Position numbers and translations under genes: made by a program
The notes under the pieces: model-generated
Databases searched by the model: none
Told to the model about the DNA's origin: nothing
Seen by the model: only the letters and a program-made list of their open reading frames with translations
Shown: in pieces, positions 23,669-32,000 of the stretch
Position numbering within the stretch: position 1 is the first letter of the stretch
Layout of the letters: each line of letters begins with the position of its first letter
Origin: Lachnospiraceae bacterium
GTDB taxonomy: Bacteria > Bacillota > Clostridia > Lachnospirales > Lachnospiraceae
Reading direction: 5' to 3'
Assembly (NCBI GenBank): GCA_021770755.1
Contig: JAETQI010000021.1
Coordinates: 29,379-61,378, forward strand
Length of the DNA: 32,000 bases

Positions 23669-24173
23669 ACTTTTCCAGCTCCTTTCTGATCTTCTGTTTC
23701 GCGCGGTAAAACACCGTCCTGCTCCAGTTCTCGCTCTTTCCAAGGATCTCCCCGATCTGACGGAAAGAGAGCTCCCCGGTCATGCGATACAGGACAACCT
23801 CCCTCTCCAGCTCCGGCAGAAGATGGATCGCGCGATACAGCTCCTGTGTGCGCTCCCCGCGGATCACACTCGCCTCCCCGTCCGCGCCGGAGGCATCGGG
23901 AAGTTCCTCTGGCAGCTCCACAAAATCCACCCGCTTCCTCCTGCGCAGATCCTGCCACAGGAGATGCTTTGCGATCTGGCAGAGCCAGACAGAGAGCTTA
24001 CAGGAACCGTCATAGCGGGCGATCGAATCCACCGCGCGCAGAAACGTCTCCTGCATCAGCTCCTGCGACCAGTCCGCATCATGGGTATGCGAATACAGAA
24101 AACGGTACACCAGCTCCGCGTACTCCTGATATACGGCTTCCATGTCGACGCCATCCTTATCCTTTTTGTGCAT
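23658..24173 (-). CDS. ECF-type RNA polymerase sigma-70 family factor
   Basis: Region 2 (YAELVYRFLYSHT...QETFLRAV...FDG...SVWLCQIAKH) and region 4 (REVVLYRMTGELSFRQIGEILGKSENWSRTVFYRAKQKI). AGGAGGTG RBS. Confidence 0.9.
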   Translation of the reverse strand: MHKKDKDGVDMEAVYQEYAELVYRFLYSHTHDADWSQELMQETFLRAVDSIARYDGSCKLSVWLCQIAKHLLWQDLRRRKRVDFVELPEELPDASGADGEASVIRGERTQELYRAIHLLPELEREVVLYRMTGELSFRQIGEILGKSENWSRTVFYRAKQKIRKELEKYEL

Positions 24174-24255
24174 CTTCCCACCTCCTACCCCTTATATCCC
24201 ATTTTACAGCCATTCGTTTCAAATAAAAATCAAAATAAAATTCGATAAATAAAAT

Positions 24256-24284
24256 TTGACATTAAGTTGTCGCATAATTATAAT
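24256..24284 (+). promoter_or_regulatory. Consensus sigma-A-type promoter
   Basis: TTGACA (24256-24261), a 17-nt spacer, then TATAAT (24279-24284). It lies ~160 nt upstream of the HAD gene ATG. Confidence 0.7.
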
Positions 24285-24442
24285 ACAATGTATACACTTT
24301 CCGCGGACTGTACCCTGAATGGTGCGCCCAATCCGTAATTTCGAGGTTACTGCTAAAAATCCATTTGCGCAACGAACAAATTTCGTTCTGCAATTTTTAC
24401 TCGTTACGGATTGAACAGGAACATTGCGAGAGGTATATTACA

Positions 24443-25057
24443 ATGAAAAATATTAAATGGATATTTTTTGATGTCGGATCCACATTGGTAGACGAAAGCA
24501 GAGCCTATGAAAATAGAATGAAAAGGGCTGCCCAGGCAGCAAATGTTTCTTATGAATACGTTTACGAGACAGCACTGAAATTTTATCAGGAGAACAAAAA
24601 AGGCGATCTGGAAACCATAAAACTTTTGGGAATAAAAAAGCCTGAATGGAGATCCGAGGACGAGATCCTATATCGCGATACGGAAGAATGTTTGCATCAG
24701 TTAAGCCAAAAATACAACATAGGGGTCATTGCAAATCAATCGCCGGGAACAGAAAAAAGACTAAAGGCGTTTGGAATATCACCGTATATCGATCTGGTCA
24801 TCGCTTCCGCAGAAGAAGGAGTTGCCAAGCCGGACAGAAAAATATTTGAAATCGCCCTGAGCAGGGCAGCCTGTAAACCACAGCAGGCAGTCATGGCTGG
24901 CGACCGGATCGACAATGATATCGTCCCCGCGAAAGCGCTTGGAATGAAGACCATCTGGGTAAAACAGGGATTTGGAAAGTACTGGAAAATAACATCTGAT
25001 CGCGAACAGGCAGACTACGAGGTCGGCAGCTTGTCCGAAATTCTGGAAATTTTATAA
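24443..25057 (+). CDS. HAD family hydrolase
   Basis: Start chosen at ATG 24443 (MKNIKWIFFDVGSTLVDE; motif I DxG/DxT variant). Later IANQ and MAGDRIDNDIVPAKALGMKTIWV (motif IV). The listed start at 24365 is a non-ATG extension into the leader. Confidence 0.85.
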   Translation: MKNIKWIFFDVGSTLVDESRAYENRMKRAAQAANVSYEYVYETALKFYQENKKGDLETIKLLGIKKPEWRSEDEILYRDTEECLHQLSQKYNIGVIANQSPGTEKRLKAFGISPYIDLVIASAEEGVAKPDRKIFEIALSRAACKPQQAVMAGDRIDNDIVPAKALGMKTIWVKQGFGKYWKITSDREQADYEVGSLSEILEIL

Positions 25058-25087
25058 CCGATCACAACTGCCATGACAGAGACATCC

Positions 25088-25130
25088 CAATCGAGCAGGG
25101 AAGAACCCTCTTCCGCTGCCCGTGTGCAAT
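25088..25130. repeat. Partial third copy of the hairpin-2 module of the GC-rich repeat family
   Basis: caatcgagcagggaagaaccctcttccgctgcccgtgtgcaatc aligns with the reverse complement of copy 1 (caatcgagtagggaagagccgtcttaccctactcg). Paired substitutions keep a stem (gcag-ggaaga/tcttcc-g-ctgc). Confidence 0.45.
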
Positions 25131-25149
25131 CAATACAAGGAGAACACAA

Positions 25150-26451
25150 ATGCTTAGAAACAAAGATATCTTAGAATTAAAAAGACGCTTTAAGAAAGAG
25201 TCCTGCACCATCACAAAAATGTGCGGCTGCTACGTGGACGCGAACAAAAACAAGATCGTCGAACTGAACGAGACTTTTCTGAACCTCGAGGACGAAGAGT
25301 TTTTCAAGTACCTCGAGATCGCCAAAAAAGCCCTCTCCGGCACGATCGGAAACAATCTGCTGGAACTGAATTTTGCCAGCGAGGAGGAGGAACCCGGCGG
25401 AAAACAGCAGTACCTTCTGGGACTCCGCGAGAGCGGGCTGAAAAATCCCGACCTACTGGAACACCTCTATGACATGATCATCGACAATTATGATTATGTC
25501 GGCAACTATCTCATCCTGGTCTTCCACGATGCGTACGATGTGATGACCAGGACAAACGACGACCTCAAGCTCGACGAGTCCGAGGAGGTCTTTACCTATC
25601 TGCTGTGCGCCATCTGCCCCGTCAATCTGTCAAAGCCGGGACTTGGATACCGCGCCGACTTAAACCGCATCGGTATCCGCATACAGGACTGGGTTGTGGG
25701 CGCGCCTGACGTCGGATTCCTGTTCCCGTCCTTCGTGGAGCGCTCAACAGACATCCACTCCCTCACATACTATGTCCGGGACGCCAAGGATTCCCACCGC
25801 GGCTTTATCGAGACCGCGCTCGGCTGCGGCGCAAAAAGGACGGCAACCGAGGAGCACAACGCCTTCAGCAGCATCGTGAAGACCGCCATCGCCCCGATCA
25901 TCAAGGACAGCGATGCGATGCTGATCAACATCCAGGAAAAGCTCAACGATCTCGCCGAAGAGCACGACGCGGCGATGGAGGACCTGGTTCTCGTGGAGCC
26001 AGAGGACTTCACACTCACCGCCGATATGATCAAAGAGGTGCTCGCGGACAGCGAGATCCCGGACGCCGCCGTGATGCAGATCCAGAGCCATTTCACAGAA
26101 GAGTTCAGCGACAAACCGCCTGTGGTAAAGAATCTCGTGAACGAGAAGGCGATCGAGAAAAACAACAAAGAGAAAAAGGAGATCCGGCTTCTCGAGGAAG
26201 TCGCAACCTTAAAGCAGGAGCTCCAGGACACCCGGCAGGAAAACGAGGAAAAGACAGAGCAGATCGAGACACTCGTCAAAATGGAGGCTCCCGTCGATCC
26301 CGAGGAGGCCAGAAACTGGGCGGAGGTCTTCCTGCGCATGAAACCCGACAAGGCGGAACAGGTAAAATATGAGACGATCGACGGTCAGAAATATCTCATG
26401 ATCCCGATGGAGGAGCATGAGCACATCAATCTGAACGGAGTGGAGCAATAA
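25150..26451 (+). CDS. DUF4317-like protein (clostridial family of unknown function)
   Basis: The N-terminus LELKRRFKKESCTITKMCGCYVDANKNKIV...FLNLEDEEFFKYLEIAKKALSG matches my memory of the DUF4317 N-terminal signature. The C-terminal third is an acidic coiled coil. AAGGAGAA RBS. Confidence 0.6.
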   Translation: MLRNKDILELKRRFKKESCTITKMCGCYVDANKNKIVELNETFLNLEDEEFFKYLEIAKKALSGTIGNNLLELNFASEEEEPGGKQQYLLGLRESGLKNPDLLEHLYDMIIDNYDYVGNYLILVFHDAYDVMTRTNDDLKLDESEEVFTYLLCAICPVNLSKPGLGYRADLNRIGIRIQDWVVGAPDVGFLFPSFVERSTDIHSLTYYVRDAKDSHRGFIETALGCGAKRTATEEHNAFSSIVKTAIAPIIKDSDAMLINIQEKLNDLAEEHDAAMEDLVLVEPEDFTLTADMIKEVLADSEIPDAAVMQIQSHFTEEFSDKPPVVKNLVNEKAIEKNNKEKKEIRLLEEVATLKQELQDTRQENEEKTEQIETLVKMEAPVDPEEARNWAEVFLRMKPDKAEQVKYETIDGQKYLMIPMEEHEHINLNGVEQ

Positions 26452-26465
26452 AGGAGGATATCAGA

Positions 26466-27581
26466 ATGCCAAGAGCAGGTTCCGGCGGCAGCCGGTCATC
26501 AGCCCCCCGCCGGTCATCCGGAGGGCACTCGTCATCGCGCAGCTCGGGAGGGCACCGCATCGGCGGCAGCCGCCCCGGCAGCAGTTCCAGCCACAGCAGG
26601 GCAGGCACTTCACGCAGCAGCGTTTTCCGCTCCGGCAGTCCGTCACACCGAAGCGGCACACCATCCTACGGCAGCGCTCCGCGGCCATTTGGCGGTCCGG
26701 CAATGCCTCCTCCGCCTCATAGAAGTCCGGCAATCCCTCCCCCGCCTCCGCGCCGTTACAGCGGCCGTGCCTACCGCGGCGCCTACTACAATCGTTCTTC
26801 CGGCAGTTCCGCCGCGACCGTCATCGCGTCGGTCATCATCCTCGTTGTCATCCTCGCCTTTGCGTCGGCCTTTTTCTCATCGATGTCATCCGGCGGCGGC
26901 GCCAACGGTTCTTCCGTTCCTGTCAGCACGAGAAACCGCGAGAAACTAAATGCGGGGATCTCCTATGACAGCGACTGCATCGTCGACGAGATCGGCTGGT
27001 TTGACTCTGTCTCCACCGCCGGAAGGCAGCTTCGGACATTTTACGACAAGACAGGCGTGCAGCCCTATATCGTTCTGCTGGACTATCACCCCGAGCTGGT
27101 CACAGATTCCCAAAAGGAAACCTATGCGCAGGAGTATTACGAGGCGAATATCGACAACGAGGCGACATTCCTCTATATGTATTTTGCCGAGGAAGATGTG
27201 GACAATACAGTCGGATATATGTGCTATGTAAACGGCAGACAGGTGGATTCCGTCATGGACGCGGAAGCCATCGAGATCTTCTGGGGATATCTTGACCGGA
27301 ACTGGTACAGTGACCTGTCCACAGATGCGCTTTTCGAGAACGCCTTCACGAAAACGGCAGAGACGATCATGACGAGGTCCAGGACAAAGACCGATATCCT
27401 CTTCGCAGTGGTCGTGGGCGCTGTCATCATCGGCATCCTCATCGCCGTCATCGCCGCCATGAAGACCAGACGCAGACATGAGCGCGAGCGTGCTGAGGAG
27501 ACACAGCGCATTTTGAATACGCCGCTGCCCGACAACCCGCTGAGTTCACCGGCATCATCACAGCCAGACAGCAGACGCTAA
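26466..27581 (+). CDS. Membrane protein: Ser/Arg/Gly/Pro-rich N-terminus, TM, TPM-like domain, C-terminal TM
   Basis: AAAGGAGGA RBS. Low-complexity first ~115 aa, then a TM (AATVIASVIILVVILAFASAFF). A globular part follows (VDEIGWF...LRTFYDKTGVQPYIVLLD) resembling TPM/YgcG-like domains. A second TM (ILFAVVVGAVIIGILIAVIAAM) closes it. Confidence 0.55.
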   Translation: MPRAGSGGSRSSAPRRSSGGHSSSRSSGGHRIGGSRPGSSSSHSRAGTSRSSVFRSGSPSHRSGTPSYGSAPRPFGGPAMPPPPHRSPAIPPPPPRRYSGRAYRGAYYNRSSGSSAATVIASVIILVVILAFASAFFSSMSSGGGANGSSVPVSTRNREKLNAGISYDSDCIVDEIGWFDSVSTAGRQLRTFYDKTGVQPYIVLLDYHPELVTDSQKETYAQEYYEANIDNEATFLYMYFAEEDVDNTVGYMCYVNGRQVDSVMDAEAIEIFWGYLDRNWYSDLSTDALFENAFTKTAETIMTRSRTKTDILFAVVVGAVIIGILIAVIAAMKTRRRHERERAEETQRILNTPLPDNPLSSPASSQPDSRR

Positions 27582-28718
27582 AATACGCTCCGCGATCTCC
27601 CGGATCACGCCCTCCCCGCCGCGCCTGTCTGCTATGTAATCCGCCGCCGCCCTGACCGCCGCGCACGCATCGCCCGGGCAGCACCCGTATCCCACCGCCG
27701 CTACTGCCTCCAGATCATTGAGATCGTCACCGATATAGAGTACATTGGACAGGGAGATCTGGTAGTCCCTGCACAGACTTTTGATGCACGCCAGTTTGTC
27801 CCTGATCCCTGATTCACAGATATTTAGCTGCAGTTTTTCTGCCCTGCGTTTCACCAGACTGCAGCTTTCTCCCGTTATGATCCCTGTGACGATCCCCCTT
27901 TTTCGTAGCTGTTCCAATGCCATGCCGTCCCTTGTATTGAATTTCTTGAATTCATCGCCCGACTCTGTATAATACATTCCGCCGTCTGTGAGACAGCCGT
28001 CACAATCTGTCAGAAACATCTTAATATCCGGAATGTCATTGCGCATCTTCATTTCCCTTCGCCGCATCAGCGCTTCCATGATCACCCAGTCTTCTGGCTC
28101 ATCAATCTCATAGTACGTGTCCTCACACATTTCTACGGCTCTTATCTTACCGGAGATCCTGCACTCTGAGCGCAGCAGACTTTCCCTTCCGGTGATATAG
28201 AACGCCCCGTTTTCAACCAGATATCCCTCAAACTCCTGCCGCCTTGGCCGATTTCTATGATCATAATTCAGCGGCCGCACATTCTGATCCTCTGACTGCC
28301 CCCAGCAGAAACGCTTCTGCCTTACCACCGATAGCACACTGTCCGCATCCGTACCATTGTAGACCGCCAATCCTTGATCCAGGTCTTCTCCGGTCAGCAG
28401 CGGAGAAGTCGCCTGGATCAGTACGATCGTATCAAAATCATGTCCTGACGCAAATTCCAGCATCGCCGATTCGGTGGATGCTGTGTCTGTCGCGCTTTCC
28501 GTACTCCTGCCGATCACCTCGGCTTTGGAAAACGAAAACTGGCTGACGCAGTTTTTGATCTGTTCACTGTCCGTGGCGATATAGATCCGGTCGATCCCTT
28601 CGCATTCCTGCGCGGCCTTGATCGTCCAGTAGACCAGCGGCTTTCCGTGAAATGGCCGGATATTCTTTAGCGGGATCGATTTGCTCCCTCCCCTTACCGG
28701 GATAAATGCTATTGTCAT
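27558..28718 (-). CDS. Bifunctional CMP-nonulosonate (N-acylneuraminate) cytidylyltransferase / HAD-IIIA (KdsC-like) phosphatase
   Basis: N-terminus IAFIPVRGGSKSIPLKNI is the CTP_transf_3 signature. C-terminus MFLTDCDGCLTDGGMYY...FNTRDG...IITGE...IGDDLNDL is a KdsC-type HAD phosphatase. Its 3' end overlaps the convergent 26466 gene by 24 nt. Confidence 0.85.
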   Translation of the reverse strand: MTIAFIPVRGGSKSIPLKNIRPFHGKPLVYWTIKAAQECEGIDRIYIATDSEQIKNCVSQFSFSKAEVIGRSTESATDTASTESAMLEFASGHDFDTIVLIQATSPLLTGEDLDQGLAVYNGTDADSVLSVVRQKRFCWGQSEDQNVRPLNYDHRNRPRRQEFEGYLVENGAFYITGRESLLRSECRISGKIRAVEMCEDTYYEIDEPEDWVIMEALMRRREMKMRNDIPDIKMFLTDCDGCLTDGGMYYTESGDEFKKFNTRDGMALEQLRKRGIVTGIITGESCSLVKRRAEKLQLNICESGIRDKLACIKSLCRDYQISLSNVLYIGDDLNDLEAVAAVGYGCCPGDACAAVRAAADYIADRRGGEGVIREIAERILASAVWL

Positions 28719-28731
28719 TGTTTTTGATCTC

Positions 28732-30168
28732 CTATAATTTAAATATATTCTTAATATTCTTTTGGGTTATCTCCCATAATGTGTCCTGTGCTGTCTGTAT
28801 TTCCGCCTTGATCTGGTTCAAATGGCTTAACATATAACCCATCGTACTGTTAAGCTTATCTTCGAAACCATCATCTTGTATCTCTACTCCCCATTCCATA
28901 TGATCAATGTCTTCCAAAAACCACTGCAATTTGTCATGTGTGATAATACTTAGTACAGGTGTCCCGCATCCAAAGGGAATCATCTGTGCATGACCGCGCA
29001 TAGCCAGAACAAGTGTCGGCTCACAGTAGACGCTCAAAAATTCATCAACGGTCAATCCGCGGTCCAATTCCACCAGCTTGTACTTTAGACCGACGGAATC
29101 CAAAATGGACAGCATCTCCTTATCCGAACCCATATGAGCGTAATATTTGATCGTATATGTCCCCTCATATTGCTTCAAAACTTTTGCGATCGCGCGAAGT
29201 TTTTCTTCCTTGTGCCCTCCGTACCGAAACGCACTTCGATCGAAAGCACAATTTAACGCGATCACCTTATCTCCCGATCTTTTGGGTAAATGATAGATCT
29301 TACTTAACACGGTTGTTGCACATGGATGATAGCATACTTTTCCCCTCAGGTCTTCAGAAAGATAACTCCGAATTGCATTTACTGAACCGTGATTTCTCAA
29401 CCCGATAAACGAAAATCTTCTGACGATCTCGTTGATGTGCTCTCTGAAATATGGTTCGAAATCCTCCTGTCCCCTAAAACGGTTATACCCCACTCCCAGC
29501 ATATACATAGGAACCTGAATCTTATCAAGTTCATTTAAGGAACAAGGCCATTGCCACCCTGAAATATCATTTTTGTTGGTGTCTTTCAAAAAAAGCCCAC
29601 CGCCTCCGATCACTAATCCCTGCGTCGCATTGATCATTTCCACACTCTCTGCATCCAACACGTCCCTAACCGACTTATGGCACCATGTGACAGGACAGTT
29701 GGATACTTTTTGTACTGAGTCCCTCAATGCCGGAACCAGTAGATTATCCCCTGCATTCCCGACTTTCGAAAATGCTGACAGGTGTACGTACGCGTTTGGA
29801 AACTGTGTCTTGATCAGACATTGCGTAGAATCGAACTGTCTTCCCTGTTCTGTATATAATTTCAAAAGATTCGCCACACTGTCCTTATCGCCAGATTTGA
29901 TCTTTTCTGAGAGATCATAGTACAGATCGTCACAATGCTGACTCAATCGCACATTCTGGTCAGTCAGCTCGTTTAGCCGGCTGTTCAGACGATCATATTC
30001 ATTCAATAATGAGTCATACTGGCTGTTTAAATATCGGATCTCTTCCTGGAGCTGCATAAACGCATACTGGGAGGAATATCCCTTAAACTCTGCTTTTCCT
30101 ATATTAATACATCGGTAACATTCTTCTCTGTGTTCATTGAATATGTATTTTAGCAAACGACTGATCAT
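28732..30168 (-). CDS. Polysaccharide pyruvyl transferase family protein with N-terminal coiled coil
   Basis: GNAGDNLLVPALRD and LVIGGGGLFLKD motifs (PF04230-type). The N-terminal ~90 aa is heptad-like (QLQEEIRYLNSQYDSLLNEYDRLNSRLNELTDQN). Confidence 0.7.
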   Translation of the reverse strand: MISRLLKYIFNEHREECYRCINIGKAEFKGYSSQYAFMQLQEEIRYLNSQYDSLLNEYDRLNSRLNELTDQNVRLSQHCDDLYYDLSEKIKSGDKDSVANLLKLYTEQGRQFDSTQCLIKTQFPNAYVHLSAFSKVGNAGDNLLVPALRDSVQKVSNCPVTWCHKSVRDVLDAESVEMINATQGLVIGGGGLFLKDTNKNDISGWQWPCSLNELDKIQVPMYMLGVGYNRFRGQEDFEPYFREHINEIVRRFSFIGLRNHGSVNAIRSYLSEDLRGKVCYHPCATTVLSKIYHLPKRSGDKVIALNCAFDRSAFRYGGHKEEKLRAIAKVLKQYEGTYTIKYYAHMGSDKEMLSILDSVGLKYKLVELDRGLTVDEFLSVYCEPTLVLAMRGHAQMIPFGCGTPVLSIITHDKLQWFLEDIDHMEWGVEIQDDGFEDKLNSTMGYMLSHLNQIKAEIQTAQDTLWEITQKNIKNIFKL

Positions 30169-30183
30169 AAGTTTGTCTTTCCT

Positions 30184-32000
30184 TTACTGTTCAAACCACC
30201 GGTTTATTTTGGCATTATTGTATGCCTGTAACAGAAAATCATATTTACTGAGACCTTTTCTCCCCGCAATCGTCCCGCATGCTGTACAGATCCTCTGTGC
30301 CCCGACATTTTCACTTGTTATGGAACCGCCATTGAGAAACTCTTCTGAGAACATCTTAAAACGCAGATCTGTTTTTCGATCGTATATTATGATGTTGGCA
30401 ATTTCCTGATCCCATCCCTTTTTTAATATGGTTTCCTGCTGTACCTGAATCCAAAAATCCAGACTTGCCTGATTGCATTTCATAGCGACAAAACCAATAT
30501 TGATATTGGCGATTGCTTTTTCATACGGCTTTTGATCGCTGCTTCGTTCCCTCAAAAAGATCATATCGGCATCTTGTAATCCATACAGGATATCTTCTTT
30601 GGTTCTTTTTAAAAATACCAGATCAGCATCAGCTACTATTAATATTTTGCCCCAATACTCTCTGATCTTATCTATCACCAATTGCGTCTTGACTGTATTT
30701 CCACCAAAAAAAGCAAAATCCCCTGTGCCTTTCTGCTCATTCCACTGTGCCTCGGAAATATACCGAAAATCAAACTGATAGTCATCCTCGCATGTTTCCT
30801 CCTGCAATTCCACCATCCTTCTATAATCCTCTGTATACACTCCTGACACGATTATTTCATCAAATTGATGATCTATATAGTAAAAACTTTTTGCCAGCTT
30901 TTCGTTTGTCGTATCCCTAAAACGCAATGAAACCCGAGGGTTCTCTAATTTTAACTGCTTTTTGAAAGCGATCAGGTTATCCTGGACATTGTGCGCATAT
31001 TTGGACCTATTGGGATCAGAACCATAATTCAGTTCACTAAAGTCGACACCGCACAGCGTTATGTCCTGAAACCCTGCCAACACGGCAAATTGCAGTGCGC
31101 TGAATAAAACAGACTGTCCATCTGCAAAATATTCATCTGGTCTGGAGAGATTGAACTGATCCGCCCTACGATCCAATACTTCTGGTTCCAGCTCGTACCT
31201 GTACAATCTGTTTTTGAGATCATGAAACTTGTTTATGTCAGTATATAATCCCATTTTGTTTAATTGGGGATTTGTGATAACGCCATAAAATTTCAGGCAG
31301 TCATAAGAATTATAATCCTCCAGTTGGTATTTCTGGTTCTGCGGATGATCCTGCATAAAGAGCATGTCAAACTTTATGTGAGGGTAAAACAGTGCCTTGT
31401 TCAGAGCAATATAAACAAGCTGTCCATCCTGTTCCCGGATCGAATCCAATGAGGATCCGCTCCCGCAGATCACAACCTTTCTGTCAATATACCGATCTTT
31501 CCATTCCGTCATATATTGTTGGTTAATGCGCGATTTCCTTGATCTGGAGTCTCCATATTCCCACGTCAGATCTCGCAGCATTTTTATATAATTATCTGCA
31601 AACCTCTCCTGCGTAAAATAGGTATTAAAAACCGCTTTATTTTTCTGTTTCCATCCATTTAGATCTTTCTGAAGTAATTTCGTGACTGCCTGATCCATAT
31701 CATCCAGATCCACTATTAAGACATTGTCTTCCCTGTTGAATTCATAGTTACTTGCGGAATCAGACAAAATAAGCGCATTTCCAGCCCTCATAGCCTCTAA
31801 CACAGCCAGGTCAAATATGGAATTTCTGTGCAGCATGATATAGAAATCCGCCCAGTTAAGCAATTCCAGAACTTTGCCATGATCAATCCTTTTGCCTATT
31901 AAATATGCCTCAAAATTCCAGTTGTCCTTCTCCCTGTTTAATTTTTCAAACAGTTCTTTATTGGATGCCGTTCCTACTGCGATCCATGCAACATCTTGTC
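30184..32000 (-). CDS. Multidomain glycosyltransferase, 5' partial: GT-B (GT1/GT4-like) C-terminal lobe + DUF115/MptE-like (Maf/sialyltransferase-like) + further nucleotide-sugar-transferase-like domain
   Basis: The frame stays open upstream of the listed start to the window edge (...AWIAVGTASNKELFEKL...). FDLAVLEAMRAGNALILSD is a GT-B signature. KVVICGSGSSLD...LFSALQFAVLAGFQDITLCGVDFS resembles DUF115-type transferases. Confidence 0.75.
   Translation of the reverse strand, partial: QDVAWIAVGTASNKELFEKLNREKDNWNFEAYLIGKRIDHGKVLELLNWADFYIMLHRNSIFDLAVLEAMRAGNALILSDSASNYEFNREDNVLIVDLDDMDQAVTKLLQKDLNGWKQKNKAVFNTYFTQERFADNYIKMLRDLTWEYGDSRSRKSRINQQYMTEWKDRYIDRKVVICGSGSSLDSIREQDGQLVYIALNKALFYPHIKFDMLFMQDHPQNQKYQLEDYNSYDCLKFYGVITNPQLNKMGLYTDINKFHDLKNRLYRYELEPEVLDRRADQFNLSRPDEYFADGQSVLFSALQFAVLAGFQDITLCGVDFSELNYGSDPNRSKYAHNVQDNLIAFKKQLKLENPRVSLRFRDTTNEKLAKSFYYIDHQFDEIIVSGVYTEDYRRMVELQEETCEDDYQFDFRYISEAQWNEQKGTGDFAFFGGNTVKTQLVIDKIREYWGKILIVADADLVFLKRTKEDILYGLQDADMIFLRERSSDQKPYEKAIANINIGFVAMKCNQASLDFWIQVQQETILKKGWDQEIANIIIYDRKTDLRFKMFSEEFLNGGSITSENVGAQRICTACGTIAGRKGLSKYDFLLQAYNNAKINRWFEQ

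Noticed and set aside
24174-24240. ECF-type autoregulated promoter upstream of the sigma gene (TGAAAC on the minus strand, complement at 24216-24221)
   Set aside because: A -35-like TGAAAC is present, but no CGT-type -10 element follows at 16-17 nt. That is not enough evidence to call a promoter.
23075-24248. Plus-strand ORFs (204 aa, 285 aa, 126 aa) antisense to the ECF sigma/anti-sigma pair, and 25770-26351 / 26946-27479 minus-strand ORFs antisense to the DUF4317-like and TPM-like genes
   Set aside because: These are shadow ORFs. The sense-strand genes have RBSs and family motifs. The antisense translations are Ser/Arg/Pro-rich with no motifs.
26466-26830. Ser/Arg/Gly/Pro-rich stretch considered as a tandem DNA repeat or spurious GC-rich ORF
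   Set aside because: I saw no regular nucleotide periodicity. The frame has a strong RBS and continues into TM segments and a globular domain. I kept it as the low-complexity N-terminus of a real protein.

Overview
The window looks like a chromosomal segment of a Gram-positive anaerobe (Clostridia or Lachnospiraceae-like). The signs are strong GGAGG-type ribosome binding sites (RBS), a DUF4317-like protein, Ddh, and tightly packed operons. All family calls rest on motifs I recognise in the translations; no search was run.

Layout:
- (1) 1-8932: an AT-rich accessory locus, described in the next paragraph.
- (2) 8938-13217, minus strand, GC-rich housekeeping block: ddh, then a metG-HAD-GNAT operon.
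- (3) 13367-21655, accessory patchwork: a Phd/YefM-ParE/RelE toxin-antitoxin pair, a lipoprotein, a truncated response-regulator relic, and three tandem mosaic paralogues of an AAA-ATPase-like + PD-(D/E)XK protein. Those paralogues are interrupted by a nucleotidyltransferase-like gene and an ICMT-like methyltransferase gene. The block also holds a GC-rich structured intergenic repeat.
- (4) 21799-27581: SDR, an ECF sigma/anti-sigma pair, a HAD gene behind a consensus promoter and long leader, a DUF4317-like protein, and a TPM-like membrane protein.
- (5) 27558-32000, minus strand: a surface-glycan locus with a CMP-nonulosonate synthetase-phosphatase fusion, a pyruvyl transferase, and a large multidomain glycosyltransferase that runs off the window.

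The most interesting candidate system is locus (1). It starts with a tandem-module HTH-TPR (RNPP/Rgg-like) regulator. A convergent, unannotated 56-aa signal-peptide ORF follows. Next comes an unannotated 27-aa peptide gene with a strong Shine-Dalgarno sequence (SD), directly upstream of a radical-SAM (rSAM)/SPASM maturase. Downstream are an ABC half-transporter, a HelD-type helicase and a second ABC half-transporter. The ABC-HelD-ABC block is bounded by a 45-nt direct repeat. A hidden Cys-rich 41-codon frame sits after the second repeat copy.
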